NCBI GenBank assembly: GCA_023145575.1 | Contig: JAGLDN010000153.1 | Coordinates: 1-46,776, forward strand | Direction of reading: 5' to 3' | DNA length: 46,776 nucleotides | DNA from: Psychromonas sp. | Lineage (GTDB): Bacteria; Pseudomonadota; Gammaproteobacteria; Enterobacterales; Psychromonadaceae | Part shown: piece after piece, positions 1 to 11,010 of the stretch | Position numbering within the stretch: position 1 is the stretch's first letter | Layout of the letters: every line of letters starts with the position of its first letter | Notes under the pieces: model-generated | What the model was told of the DNA's origin: nothing | Databases searched by the model: none | Seen by the model: the letters and a program-made list of their open reading frames with translations, nothing else | Program-made: the position numbers and the translations under genes

Positions 1-315
1 AGCGCGTTCTCATTAGAAATTTTTTTTCTTGAACTGTGTCATCAAAAATTAAAACGAGATCATCAGATTCAATTTACGCACCTTTTTTTTACATTTACCC
101 ACAAATCAGCCGGAGTAAACTGTTTGTGAGATAAGAAGCGGGTAATTTTGCGTGACTGATCTCTCCATCTAAAAGATTCGATAGACCTGTCGCTGTTGTA
201 TAGTTCAATGAAGTTAAAAGTAATCAATAAACAGCTCAAATATTTGTTTGTTTTTATTCATATTGTCACTTTAACAGGTTTTAATCTAAAATTTTAGCTT
301 ACTGCGCAACATCAG
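1..315 (-). mobile_element. Degraded IS701/IS4-like DDE transposase, 5' part (runs off window edge), with left terminal inverted repeat
   Basis: Minus strand from ATG at 261 reads, across frameshifts, MNKNKQIFELFIDY/..NYTTATGLSNLLDGEISH/KITRFLSHKQFTPADLWVNVK../..ESDDLVLIFDDTVQEK, a typical DDE_5-type N-terminus. Putative IR ctgcgcaacatcag at 302-315 matches 11/14 with 4356-4369. Confidence 0.8.
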
Positions 316-342
316 CTGATAAGTTTAATAAAAAGGGATAAA

Positions 343-987
343 ATGAAAAAATTGAAATAGATGAAGATATATTCAAGTATATTTTATCCAAAATTGAAGA
401 TTTTGGTGAAAGTCCGTCCGCTATTTTACGACGTTCACATATCAATGAACATGATATTTGATCTGCTAGTCTACAGAGTACGATAAAAAACAATATAAAA
501 ATATAAATGCTAAAGTACAATTAAAAATATAAAAAAATAAACCAACCTCGAAAAAGAGAAAATACCAAGCACTATTTTTGTTCAGTGAAGATCCCTGAAG
601 TAATTTCAAAAGGGATTGTGTTTTTATATCAAAGCAAGCAACTTTAAAAAGAACAGTTAATTGTCAATAAGCTTAAAATGATACTATTTAAAATGATGCT
701 AACAACACTTTATTTTAAGATAACGAATCGTTTTTAAAAGCATCTAAAATAGCTAAAGGGACGACTAGGGCTTACATAAGTGAAAAATTAATTGAGCTGC
801 TTGCATCATCAAATACACAGGAAGTTACCATTTTAAGTTGCGATTAAGCCGCGTGAAATACCCTATACACTAATTTGTGCGGTGACAACATATCAACTTA
901 TCATGAAACCGTATACTTTTAACGCTACCAATGAATATAATAGGGTATTCAAATGAACTAATTGCCAATATTACAAATTAAATTTAA
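343..987 (+). pseudogene. seqA: SeqA (negative modulator of replication initiation) pseudogene
   Basis: ATG at 343, then a frameshift in the A-run; frame 351-461 reads IEIDEDIFKYILSKIEDFGESPSAILRR (E. coli SeqA: [28 protein letters not shown]). Later fragments DNESFLKASKIAKGTTRAY (719-775), KPREIPYT (846-869) and MNIIGYSNELIANITN (931-978) match the SeqA C-domain. Lies directly upstream of pgm, the conserved seqA-pgm order. Multiple stops and indels. Confidence 0.85.
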
Positions 988-1066
988 CACGATCACAGTA
1001 TTTGTATCTTACCTATGCAATCATTGAGTTAAATTTATCCACAAATTATAAAGAGGTTAATACAAA

Positions 1067-2815
1067 ATGAGAATACATCCCCGCGCAGGGCTACCTGCAT
1101 TAGCAAGTGATTTGGTGAATATCCCTAAATTAGTTTCTGCTTATTACCTCAACGGACCTGATGTTTTTGTTCATAGTGAACAGGTTGTATTTGGTACATC
1201 CGGACACCGCGGGAGCTCGTTTAAAAATGCATTCACCGAGCCTCATATCTTAGCAATTACCCAGGCTATTGCAGAATATCGAATCGGACAAAGGTATACA
1301 GGACCAGTGTTTATTGGTAAAGATACACATGCATTATCTGAGCCTGCATTTGCTTCAGCTGTACAAGTATTAGTTGCTAATGGCATTAAAGTCATTGTGC
1401 AAGCAGGAGGCGGTTACACACCAACCCCTGTTATTTCTCATGCTATTTTACACCACAATAAAACAAATCCAAATAAGTTAGCAGATGGCATTGTCATTAC
1501 ACCTTCTCATAATCCACCTGAAGATGGTGGTTTTAAATATAATCCACCTAATGGCGGTCCTGCAGATAGCAATGTCACGAAAATAATTCAAGATCGTGCT
1601 AATGAAATTCTAAGCAACCTTTATCCTGATGATCTTGATTATATAGATGAAATTAATGATATAGATGATATTCATGAGCGTTGTGGTAGCATTAAAAGTT
1701 GTAATTTTTCTGAAGCCATGACCTCTGATTTAGTTGAAGAATATGACTATATCCAACCTTATGTTGACGATCTTAAAAATGTATTAGATCTAGACATTAT
1801 TGCAAAAGAGGGCATTAAAATTGGGGTTGATACCCTAGGTGGATCAGGGGTTGCATATTGGCCAGTCATTGCAAAAACTTATGGACTTAATATTACCGTC
1901 GTAAATGATCGTGTTGATCCAACATTTTCATTTATGACACTTGATAAAGACGGCAAAATCCGAATGGATTGTTCATCCCCCTATGCAATGGCAAGCTTAA
2001 TCAAATTAAAAGATGATTTTGATGTGTCTATTGCTAACGATCCTGATTATGATCGTCATGGTATCGTAACAAAAAGCTCTGGTTTATTAAATCCGAATCA
2101 TTACCTTGCTGTTGCAATAAACTATTTGTTTACACATCGTAAAGGATGGGCTAGTGATGCAGTGGTTGGTAAAACACTCGTTTCAAGTTCAATGATTGAT
2201 CGCGTTGTGGCTAATCTTGGTAGAGAAATGTCAGAAGTGCCTGTTGGCTTCAAATGGTTCGTAGATGGCTTATTTGAAGGAGAATTAGGTTTCGGTGGTG
2301 AAGAAAGTGCGGGCGCATCATTCCTACGTAAAGATGGCACTGTTTGGACCACCGATAAAGACGGTATTATTATGGCTTTACTTGCCGCAGAAATCATTGC
2401 AGCAACGAAGAAAGATCCTAGTGATCATTATGCTGAGTTTACAGCAAAGTTTGGCAATCCAGTTTATACGCGATTTGATGCACCAGCAAGCCCTGAGCAA
2501 AAAAATATCCTTGCAAACTTGACGGCTGATATGGTTGAGGCAACGACGCTCGCAGGTGAAGAAATTACAGCAAAATTAACACATGCAGCCGGTAATGGTG
2601 CCGCAATAGGCGGATTAAAAGTAACCACTAAAAATGGCTGGTTTGCTGCACGTCCATCAGGCACAGAAAATATTTACAAAATATACTCAGAATCATTTAT
2701 CGGCGAGGAGCATATCGCCTTGATCCAAAAAGAAGCACAAGAAATTGTTGCTCAAGCCTTTGCAAAAGCAGGTATAAAATCAACAGAGCCCGAAGTTTTT
2801 CAATACGCAAAATGA
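1067..2815 (+). CDS. pgm: Phosphoglucomutase (alpha-D-glucose-1,6-bisphosphate-dependent)
   Basis: FGTSGHRG, catalytic TPSHNP, metal-binding DPDYDR, GEESAG and RPSGTE motifs; RBS AGAGG upstream. Confidence 0.97.
   Translation: MRIHPRAGLPALASDLVNIPKLVSAYYLNGPDVFVHSEQVVFGTSGHRGSSFKNAFTEPHILAITQAIAEYRIGQRYTGPVFIGKDTHALSEPAFASAVQVLVANGIKVIVQAGGGYTPTPVISHAILHHNKTNPNKLADGIVITPSHNPPEDGGFKYNPPNGGPADSNVTKIIQDRANEILSNLYPDDLDYIDEINDIDDIHERCGSIKSCNFSEAMTSDLVEEYDYIQPYVDDLKNVLDLDIIAKEGIKIGVDTLGGSGVAYWPVIAKTYGLNITVVNDRVDPTFSFMTLDKDGKIRMDCSSPYAMASLIKLKDDFDVSIANDPDYDRHGIVTKSSGLLNPNHYLAVAINYLFTHRKGWASDAVVGKTLVSSSMIDRVVANLGREMSEVPVGFKWFVDGLFEGELGFGGEESAGASFLRKDGTVWTTDKDGIIMALLAAEIIAATKKDPSDHYAEFTAKFGNPVYTRFDAPASPEQKNILANLTADMVEATTLAGEEITAKLTHAAGNGAAIGGLKVTTKNGWFAARPSGTENIYKIYSESFIGEEHIALIQKEAQEIVAQAFAKAGIKSTEPEVFQYAK
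1628..1681 (+). repeat. Degenerate in-frame 9-bp tandem repeat (about 6 units) encoding [18 protein letters not shown] inside pgm
   Basis: gatgatctt gattatata gatgaaatt aatgatata gatgatatt catgagcgt. Confidence 0.65.
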
Positions 2816-2857
2816 GCACATTTTCGTGTCGATAGGTTTTATTTATGAACAATGTAA

Positions 2858-2891
2858 GTGATCAATAAAGCCACTTAGCTATATTGATCAC
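2858..2891 (+). terminator. Long stem-loop downstream of pgm (possible terminator or stability hairpin)
   Basis: gtgatcaata-a-agc / cactta / gct-a-tattgatcac inverted repeat; no clear U-tract. Confidence 0.45.
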
Positions 2892-3391
2892 ATCCCATTA
2901 AATGGATATTTGTAAGAGTACATGGCATTAATTTAGCGACTTGATCATCGGTTTTTGCAAATTATAGCTTTCCGATTATATACACATGTGATGTAAAATT
3001 GCTTTGTCAGGCTATAGCTCGAACATCAGAGCAAGGTGTAACAGCAGGTCTGTCAACGATTAGCGATGCTAATCTTTTACCCGTAGCATTATCGAAGATA
3101 TATTATTTATTGGTTACTCCATTTTAGAATGTCATAGCGAAGCAGTATTTTTTTTCATAAAAATCGAGCTTAAGCCTCGAAGGACATGGCTGCCAGCACC
3201 AATCAACAAAGTTATAACTTACTGTTCATAAACAAGTCGATTTAGAATAACTAGTTAAGAATTAAAGTCTTTATTTTAATTCGACCTTTGATGATTAACG
3301 TAGTTAAGCATCAAGAGGGCAATTTTATGCATAGCAGCTTGGCACTATTTTCCGATCTGACATTGAATTTTTGCGTCACATCGGTAGAGAT

Positions 3392-4369
3392 AGAGATCTT
3401 AGTCACCATCAAAGAACTCGCTTTTATCTCACAAACAGTTTACGTTGGCTGACTTGGTCCCAAATGTAAAAATAGGTGCGGGAACTTGAGTCTTATGATC
3501 TCGTGTTAATCTTTGGCAACACAGTTCAAGCTAAACCATTCTCAAATGAAAATGAGCTTAATTATCTGCCACTTTGATCATACTGTTGGTCGTTGAGCCA
3601 AAGGAATTAACTTACTAAATTGTATTTATCATGCTGGACAATAATGGATCCCAATTGCCGCTGAGCTCATTACAAAAGAGTTCCAATACTCAAAAATTGT
3701 GACCAAAAAACGAAAAAAAACAGTAACATCAATAAAAAAAGGACTTAATATTCATACTTAAAGCATGTAAAAAATCAATTGAAATGGCTTTATATATTGG
3801 ATGACAGTTGGTTTTATAAATTCGTTACATGAGATTTATTCATGAAAAAATTAAAAAACATTTTATTCTCGTATTAAAAAGTATCCGTTTAATTGCGTGA
3901 AGTAGAGAAGATACATTACAAGGGCGTTCCAACGAATTGATTCATTGGATTGGTCAGAAACTCCGATCTGCGCTTGGATAAAAGCAATGGATGTTGCAAT
4001 TCTGATACATCCACAAATCTTTAAAAACAAAGAGGGCAATAAAAGAATATTATATTTGATCAGTCATGACGTTAAGTTTATTAAACAGTCAATTGAAACG
4101 ATCTATCAAAAAAGATGGAAAGTTGAGGTTTTTCACAAAAAGATTATACTTAACTCGCATAATCACCTGTGAAAACAAATAAGATACAGAGTAACCCTAT
4201 TTTCATGTCATACTATCGACATTATAATTGGAGTGTCTCAGTCTTAAAAAAAAGACTGAATACGTTCGCTTTCAAAACGAAGCTTTATATCAAAGCACAA
4301 AAATATAAAGCACAAAAAGTAGCAATTGAGGCGTTGCATCATGAACTGGCATCAACTGCTTAACATGAG
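3392..4369 (+). mobile_element. Degraded IS701/IS4-like transposase pseudogene with right terminal IR
   Basis: Fragments SHKQFTLADL, YDLVLIFGNTVQAKPFSNENEL, AKGINLLNCIYH and ETIYQKRWKVEVFHKK. Shares the 20-mer TTATCTCACAAACAGTTTAC (3424-3443) with the reverse complement of 115-134. IR ctgcttaacatgag at 4356-4369. ORFs 3945-4172 and 4169-4363 are pieces of it. Confidence 0.85.
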
Positions 4370-4441
4370 TTAATAAAATGGAAAATACTCTAATTAACAC
4401 ATTAATTATACACGCTAATTACATTTTAAGAGAGAAATACC

Positions 4442-6955
4442 ATGAGTAGTAAACAAAAATCTAAATCATCACCAAAAAAAAACAAAATAAAAAAAGAAAG
4501 CTCGCTCATGCCTGAAATGATTTGTACTGAAAAAGAGATGCAAACTGCAATCATAAATCGTTTGTGCAAAGGTCTTGGCACAGATACCAAAAAAGCAAAT
4601 AAGAAAGCGTGGTGGAATGCCACTTGCTGTGCTGTTAATGAATTAATCTTTGAAAAACTAACACAAACACAACAAACCCACAGTTCACACGATGCGCGTG
4701 CTGTAAATTACTTATCACTAGAGTTTTTAATGGGCCGTTTGCTCTCAAACAACCTGCATAATTTAGAGTTATTTAAAGTGACTGAAAAAGCACTTGAAAA
4801 TCTTGGGCAAGATTTATACGAGCTTTGCGATGAAGAGCCTGATATGGCTTTAGGTAACGGTGGTTTAGGGCGACTTGCGGCCTGTTTCATTGATTCACTC
4901 GCTACACTTGGGTACCCTGCAATTGGCTACGGGATCCACTACGAAAACGGATTATTTAAACAAGAATTTCTAAACGGGCATCAAATTGAACGTCCTGATA
5001 AATGGCGTGAGTATGGTAACCCTTGGGAAATTTGTCGTCCTGAATCAATACAAATGATCCCTTTATATGGTTACGTTGAAACTGTCTTTATTAGCGATGG
5101 ATCTTCCTACAAAATTTGGCACGCTGGTCAAGAAATTAAAGGTGTGCCATGGGATGTTCCAATTGTAGGTTACGGCGCTAAGACTGTAAATATTTTACGC
5201 CTATGGGAATCGCGCTCTTCTGAAGCATTTAACTGGGATGTATTTAATGCAGGCGGTTATATTGACGCACAAGCTGAAAAATCAGCCGCAGAAACGATTT
5301 CTAAAGTACTTTACCCGAATGATTCAACGGAAGCAGGCAAACAGTTACGATTTATTCAACAATACTTCTTCTGTGCGTGCTCTATAAAAGATATTCTACG
5401 TCGTTTTAAACGTCATAATTCAGATTGGAAAAAACTGCCAACTAAAGTAGCGATTCAATTAAATGATACACACCCAACAATTACTATCCTCGAATTAATG
5501 CGCATTTTGGTGGATGAAGAGCGTATAGAATGGAATGTCGCATGGGCAATTTGTCAGGGAATATTTTCTTACACTAACCATACTTTATTGCCAGAAGCAC
5601 TAGAGAAGTGGTTTGTTAAACTCTTTGAAACTGTACTTCCACGCCATCTTGAAATTTTGTATGAAATCAACCGTCAATTTATGAGCGTTGTTGAAGAAAA
5701 GTGGCCTGGCGATGATGAGAAGAAAGCAAAACTTTCAATCATTGAAGAAGGGCCTGAGCGTCTAGTGCGCATGGCAAATCTTTGTGTCATTACATCTTAC
5801 AAAGTAAACGGCGTTGCTGCGGTTCATTCAGCGTTAGTAAAAACAGAATTGTTTCCTGAATTTAATGAGTTATTTCCAGGTAAACTGGTAAACGTCACAA
5901 ATGGTATTACACCACGACGTTGGTTAAAAGTATGTAACGAGCCATTAGCCCAGTTATACACTGAAACTGTGGGTGCAGATTGGGTTGTAAACCTTGAGAA
6001 ACTAAAAGATGCACGGCCCATGGCAACCAATAAGGCATTTCAAACGCGCTTTATGAACATCAAGAAAGGAAACAAACTTGCACTCGCTAAGATCATTAAA
6101 AAAATATTGAATATTGATGTCAGTGTAGATGCGATCTTTGATATTCAGATCAAACGATTACACGAGTACAAACGTCAGCAATTAAACTTGCTCCATATTT
6201 TAACACTGTACAAACGTCTGCTAGAAAATCCAAAACTCGATATCGTGCCTCGTGTCTTTATCTTTGGCGCGAAGGCTGCACCTAGTTATGACATGGCTAA
6301 GAAAATCATTTTTGCAATAAATAAAGTTGCGGATAAAGTTAATAATGATTCGCGTATTAAAAACAAAATAAAAATTGTATTTTTACCTAACTACCGTGTT
6401 TCTCTAGCAGAAATAATGTTCCCTGCAGCGGATATTTCAGAGCAGATCTCGACAGCTGGTCTTGAAGCATCAGGCACAGGCAACATGAAGTTCGCATTAA
6501 ATGGTGCATTAACTGTCGGCACAATGGATGGAGCAAACATTGAAATGGCGGAAGAAATTGGCGCTGAGAACATGTTTATTTTTGGCTTAAGTGTTGCTGA
6601 AGTCAAAGCACTTAAAGTAAGCGGTTATCATCCTCATGATTATTACTACAACAATCCAGAACTTAAAGCAGTACTCGATTGGTTAGATACTGATTTCTTT
6701 ACACCAGGTTACGCTGGGGCATTATCAGATATCAAACGTAGCCTGCTTAAGTGGGGGGATGAGTATTTATGTTTAGCCGACTATGCTTCATACATTAAAG
6801 CACATGATGATATTGATGCTACATACCGGAACAAAACACTTTGGGCCAAAAAAGCAATCATAAACTCAGTGGCAATGGGTAAGTTTAACTCAGATCGTTC
6901 AATTGAAGAATACGCATCAAAAATCTGGAAGTTAAAGAAGGATCCATTAAAATAA
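4442..6955 (+). CDS. glgP: Glycogen/starch/maltodextrin phosphorylase
   Basis: YLSLEFLMGR, ALGNGGLGRLAACF, QLNDTHP, QIKRLHEYKRQ and PLP-lysine motif EASGTGNMKF. glgP versus malP not resolved. Confidence 0.93.
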   Translation: MSSKQKSKSSPKKNKIKKESSLMPEMICTEKEMQTAIINRLCKGLGTDTKKANKKAWWNATCCAVNELIFEKLTQTQQTHSSHDARAVNYLSLEFLMGRLLSNNLHNLELFKVTEKALENLGQDLYELCDEEPDMALGNGGLGRLAACFIDSLATLGYPAIGYGIHYENGLFKQEFLNGHQIERPDKWREYGNPWEICRPESIQMIPLYGYVETVFISDGSSYKIWHAGQEIKGVPWDVPIVGYGAKTVNILRLWESRSSEAFNWDVFNAGGYIDAQAEKSAAETISKVLYPNDSTEAGKQLRFIQQYFFCACSIKDILRRFKRHNSDWKKLPTKVAIQLNDTHPTITILELMRILVDEERIEWNVAWAICQGIFSYTNHTLLPEALEKWFVKLFETVLPRHLEILYEINRQFMSVVEEKWPGDDEKKAKLSIIEEGPERLVRMANLCVITSYKVNGVAAVHSALVKTELFPEFNELFPGKLVNVTNGITPRRWLKVCNEPLAQLYTETVGADWVVNLEKLKDARPMATNKAFQTRFMNIKKGNKLALAKIIKKILNIDVSVDAIFDIQIKRLHEYKRQQLNLLHILTLYKRLLENPKLDIVPRVFIFGAKAAPSYDMAKKIIFAINKVADKVNNDSRIKNKIKIVFLPNYRVSLAEIMFPAADISEQISTAGLEASGTGNMKFALNGALTVGTMDGANIEMAEEIGAENMFIFGLSVAEVKALKVSGYHPHDYYYNNPELKAVLDWLDTDFFTPGYAGALSDIKRSLLKWGDEYLCLADYASYIKAHDDIDATYRNKTLWAKKAIINSVAMGKFNSDRSIEEYASKIWKLKKDPLK

Positions 6956-7025
6956 TTAATTATATCCTTGCTAGTTGAAAGAGTAAAGTCAGTACGATTT
7001 ATTCTACAAAAATACTCAGTATAAA

Positions 7026-7068
7026 ATTGATCATAGATGATTAACTGCATTAATCATCTGATGTCAAT
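7026..7068. terminator. Stem-loop after phosphorylase
   Basis: Perfect 10-bp IR agatgattaa (7035-7044) / ttaatcatct (7050-7059), imperfectly extendable; no U-tract. Confidence 0.4.
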
Positions 7069-7180
7069 CTGCCAAAGCTTTAAATATTAATTAATTATTC
7101 TAAAACAAAATACGCTGTCGGCAAAGCTATGCAAAGTCATGGCTATGAGTAATTCATTGGATTGATTTTAAGGAGTTTTT

Positions 7181-7486
7181 ATGTCTAAGGTTAAAAATAA
7201 TACTGGAGAAACTGATGTATATGAGACATGTGGTACTATTGTTGAAGTAGGAACTATTATTTCAGAAGATGATACCGTGTTAACATTACCTTTTGAAGGT
7301 GTTGATTTAGCAAGTGCTGAAGCACTTGCTAAAAAATACGTTGATGCAGCAAGGCAGCGTTTTGCAACCGTTAAGGTAAAATATAAGGAATCAACAACAC
7401 AAAAGGCTGTTACATTAAACCTTACATTAATATTTGAATGTGCTGCTGAAAAAATAATATTTGAAATGGCATTAAGCACAATTTGA
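7181..7486 (+). CDS. YfcZ/YiiS family (DUF406) protein
   Basis: CG..VEVGTII N-terminal motif and FECAAEKIIFEMAL C-terminus; strong RBS AAGGAG. Confidence 0.85.
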   Translation: MSKVKNNTGETDVYETCGTIVEVGTIISEDDTVLTLPFEGVDLASAEALAKKYVDAARQRFATVKVKYKESTTQKAVTLNLTLIFECAAEKIIFEMALSTI

Positions 7487-7511
7487 CCACTCATATGTTA
7501 AACTTGTCATT

Positions 7512-7537
7512 TATACTCATGTAACGTCAAGATGCAA
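7512..7537 (+). repeat. Terminal motif of an ERIC/MITE-like dispersed repeat (copy 1)
   Basis: tatactcatgtaacgtcaagatgcaa; 21/26 identical to 40724-40749 and 20/24 to 40882-40905. Confidence 0.55.
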
Positions 7538-7783
7538 CGTCAGATCGACAAAAGTTTCGTGGTAAGAGGCAAGAGGCAAGAATTGCCACCGGATGATTAA
7601 CCTGTTTTAGTTAATTATACCATCCGACTATTATTACGCTAATTGTTGATAGCGAAATGTCGCACTCTACTTTAGCCTCCAATCTTATACTTAATACAAT
7701 ATTTTTAGGTCATGTTCGTATAATTATTACTTCCCACATAGCCATCACTCGCTTTATATTAAATATTCACTTTGGAGGATCCT

Positions 7784-9103
7784 TTGCTAATTACTGATTT
7801 ACCCATTGATCGCCGTTTAATTACGTCGCTTACACATTTGGGCTTTACGAAAGCAACAAAAATACAAGCTACCGCAATTCCGGTTGCACTAGCTGGCAAA
7901 GATTTGCTTGCATCCTCAAAAACAGGATCAGGTAAAACGCTCGCTTTTTTATTACCAGCTGTGCAAAGAGTATTAAAAACACGTGCCCTGACCAAACGTG
8001 ATCCACGCGTACTCATCTTAACGCCCACGCGTGAGCTGGCAAAACAAGTTTATTCACAATTACGTTTGCTGGTATCAAATACAAATTTAAAATCAACATT
8101 GGTATTAGGTGGAGAAAATTTTAACGATCAAGTAAAGAAAATCGACAAAAATCCGCATTTTGTGGTAGGCACACCTGGACGTATTGTTGATCACCTAAAA
8201 AAAGGCTTGTTACACCTTAATGGACTAGAGCTACTCATTTTAGATGAAGCTGATCGCATGTTAGATCTTGGCTTTGCCCCACAATTAATAGCGGTAAATA
8301 AACAAGCAAATCATCGTTTACGGCAAACACTATTATTTTCAGCAACGCTTGAACATACAAAAGTAAACGTATTTTTCACACAATTATTAAAAGCACCAGA
8401 GCAGATCTCCATCGATGATGAAAAACAGCTACACAGCGAAATAACGCAACGCTTTTATTTAGCTGATAACCTTAATCAAAAAGAAAAATTACTGTTTACT
8501 TTTATACAAAATGAAAAAATAAAACAAGCGATAATATTTACCGCAACGCGTGAAGATACTGAGCGACTGAGTGCAATAATTCTTGAAAAAGGCTATTCAT
8601 CATTAGCATTACATGGAAATTTATCACAATCTCAGCGTAATCAAATTATGGATTCATTTTCTAGAGGTAAAAACAAAATTCTTGTGACAACGGATATCGC
8701 ATCGCGCGGCCTCGATCTACTTAATGTAAGCCATGTTTTTAATTTTGATATCCCTAGACATACCGAGGAATATATTCATCGTATTGGCAGAACAGGAAGA
8801 GCTGGCGCTAAAGGCAATGCGCTTTCTCTCGTAGGACCTAAAGATTGGCTTAACTTTCAAAAAATAGAAGCATATGTCGCACATTCTATTAGCTTTAGTC
8901 GCCTAGATGGGATTAATCCAAAATTTAAAGGCTTAAAAGAAAAACGAGCAAAGGTAGATAAAAGCAAAGTTACACATAAAGAAATCAATAAAAAAATTGT
9001 GAATAAAACCACAAAGGTAAGAAGATCAATAAACAAAAAATTCCACGAAGCAAAAGATGCCGGCTTTGAACCAATCCGCCGAAAAAATAAAAAAGAACAA
9101 TGA
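7784..9103 (+). CDS. DEAD-box ATP-dependent RNA helicase (SrmB-like paralog)
   Basis: SKTGSGKT, PTRELA, TPGR, DEAD, SAT and HRIGRTGRAG motifs; basic C-tail. Start moved to TTG 7784 because GGAGG (7774-7778) lies 5 nt upstream; ORF track gives 7772. Confidence 0.93.
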   Translation: MLITDLPIDRRLITSLTHLGFTKATKIQATAIPVALAGKDLLASSKTGSGKTLAFLLPAVQRVLKTRALTKRDPRVLILTPTRELAKQVYSQLRLLVSNTNLKSTLVLGGENFNDQVKKIDKNPHFVVGTPGRIVDHLKKGLLHLNGLELLILDEADRMLDLGFAPQLIAVNKQANHRLRQTLLFSATLEHTKVNVFFTQLLKAPEQISIDDEKQLHSEITQRFYLADNLNQKEKLLFTFIQNEKIKQAIIFTATREDTERLSAIILEKGYSSLALHGNLSQSQRNQIMDSFSRGKNKILVTTDIASRGLDLLNVSHVFNFDIPRHTEEYIHRIGRTGRAGAKGNALSLVGPKDWLNFQKIEAYVAHSISFSRLDGINPKFKGLKEKRAKVDKSKVTHKEINKKIVNKTTKVRRSINKKFHEAKDAGFEPIRRKNKKEQ

Positions 9104-9137
9104 TAAATTACATCGTTCGGACGTAAAGATGAAAAAT

Positions 9138-9175
9138 AAAATAGAAAAATAGGAAAATAGGAAAATAGGAAAATA
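9138..9175 (+). repeat. 8-bp tandem repeat (AAAATAGG), about 4.7 units
   Basis: aaaataga aaaatagg aaaatagg aaaatagg aaaata, between the convergent helicase and hemB genes. Confidence 0.85.
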
Positions 9176-9216
9176 TATCTTAATTGGTAATGATTATACT
9201 AGCTAAAATGTGCGGG

Positions 9217-10260
<1,044 letters not shown>

Positions 10261-10807
10261 TTATGCAATAAAAGCTTTGCATGTCTATTGATCCACGCAA
10301 CCTCAATATGTACAGTTATTATGGTCATTGTGATCATTATGTACTGATACAAGGTTTAAATTATTATTTAACCTTAGTTCGGGTTAAAGATCGCTTTTAT
10401 TTATAGTTAATAGATATTACACGTATTAATAGCCAATACTAAAATTTTGATCACATCAACAAATTGAGACAAATTACCTTGCCCGTTAGTGCATGAGCTA
10501 GATGAACAACTCCGCGTTAAATAATCGAAAACGAAGCAAGCATAAAAGCAATAACATTTTTTAGTTAACTCGACCGACAAACGATTAGTCCACTAATGAC
10601 GGGCGATTAATGAATATAATCTTTGTTAGATCAGATCTTTCGCCTTGCACACGTTGTCTGAGCCTCTGACAAGGTAGCTTGAGCTAAGTTGACTATAAAG
10701 TAAATAACTGTTCAGATAATTATGTTATTTAATGACAGAATAATCAAACTATAAAAGGCTTAAAGACGATATTAATGTACTTTATTTAAATAATTACTCA
10801 ATTTAGC

Positions 10808-10834
10808 TAAAGAAATTTATAACATGGGCGATAA
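10808..10834 (+). promoter_or_regulatory. sigma28 (FliA) promoter P1 of flagellin
   Basis: TAAA-N15-GGCGATAA versus consensus TAAA-N15-GCCGATAA. Confidence 0.8.
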
Positions 10835-10897
10835 CTATTTTAAGTCAGCACATCGACTGTTTCAAAAATGAATCGAAACGAACTTATTAAATATTTA

Positions 10898-10924
10898 TAA
10901 AGTTATTTTTTAAGCAGTCGATAT
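10898..10924 (+). promoter_or_regulatory. sigma28 (FliA) promoter P2 of flagellin
   Basis: TAAA-N15-GTCGATAT with exact spacing, 86 nt upstream of the ATG. Confidence 0.7.
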
Positions 10925-11010
10925 CAACATTAACACGAACTTAAACCTGATTTACATTTTTTTAATAATTAAATAACGTAAATCAGAAAATATAAACCAA
11001 GGAGTAACTC

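Noticed and set aside
299-520. 73-aa minus-strand ORF and other short antisense or alternate-frame ORFs in the track (e.g. 2122-2397, 7168-7494, 12857-13180, 14646-15011)
   Set aside because: Shadow ORFs of real genes or pseudogenes, with no RBS or recognisable motifs.
765-783. GCTTACATAAGT, similar to the ERIC core
   Set aside because: It encodes the RAYIS part of the seqA pseudogene; no ERIC termini around it.
857-949. 10-bp inverted repeat aataccctat/atagggtatt resembling a 93-bp MITE
   Set aside because: Both arms fall in recognisable SeqA coding remnants (EIPY and IIGY), so it is most likely coincidence.
982-997. CRP site upstream of pgm
   Set aside because: Only the TCACA half-site matches.
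2895-3390. Possible IS66-like C-terminal remnant on the minus strand (FAKTDDQVAKLMP)
   Set aside because: Too degraded to support by eye; needs tBLASTx.
10440-10700. Possible IS remnant or sRNA between hemB and fliC; short similarity (acaa.tta.cttgcccg) to 38877-38893
   Set aside because: The match is only about 17 nt, with no convincing ORF, IR or RNA structure.
10745-10772. Third sigma28-like site (GACGATAT)
   Set aside because: No TAAA at 15-nt spacing.
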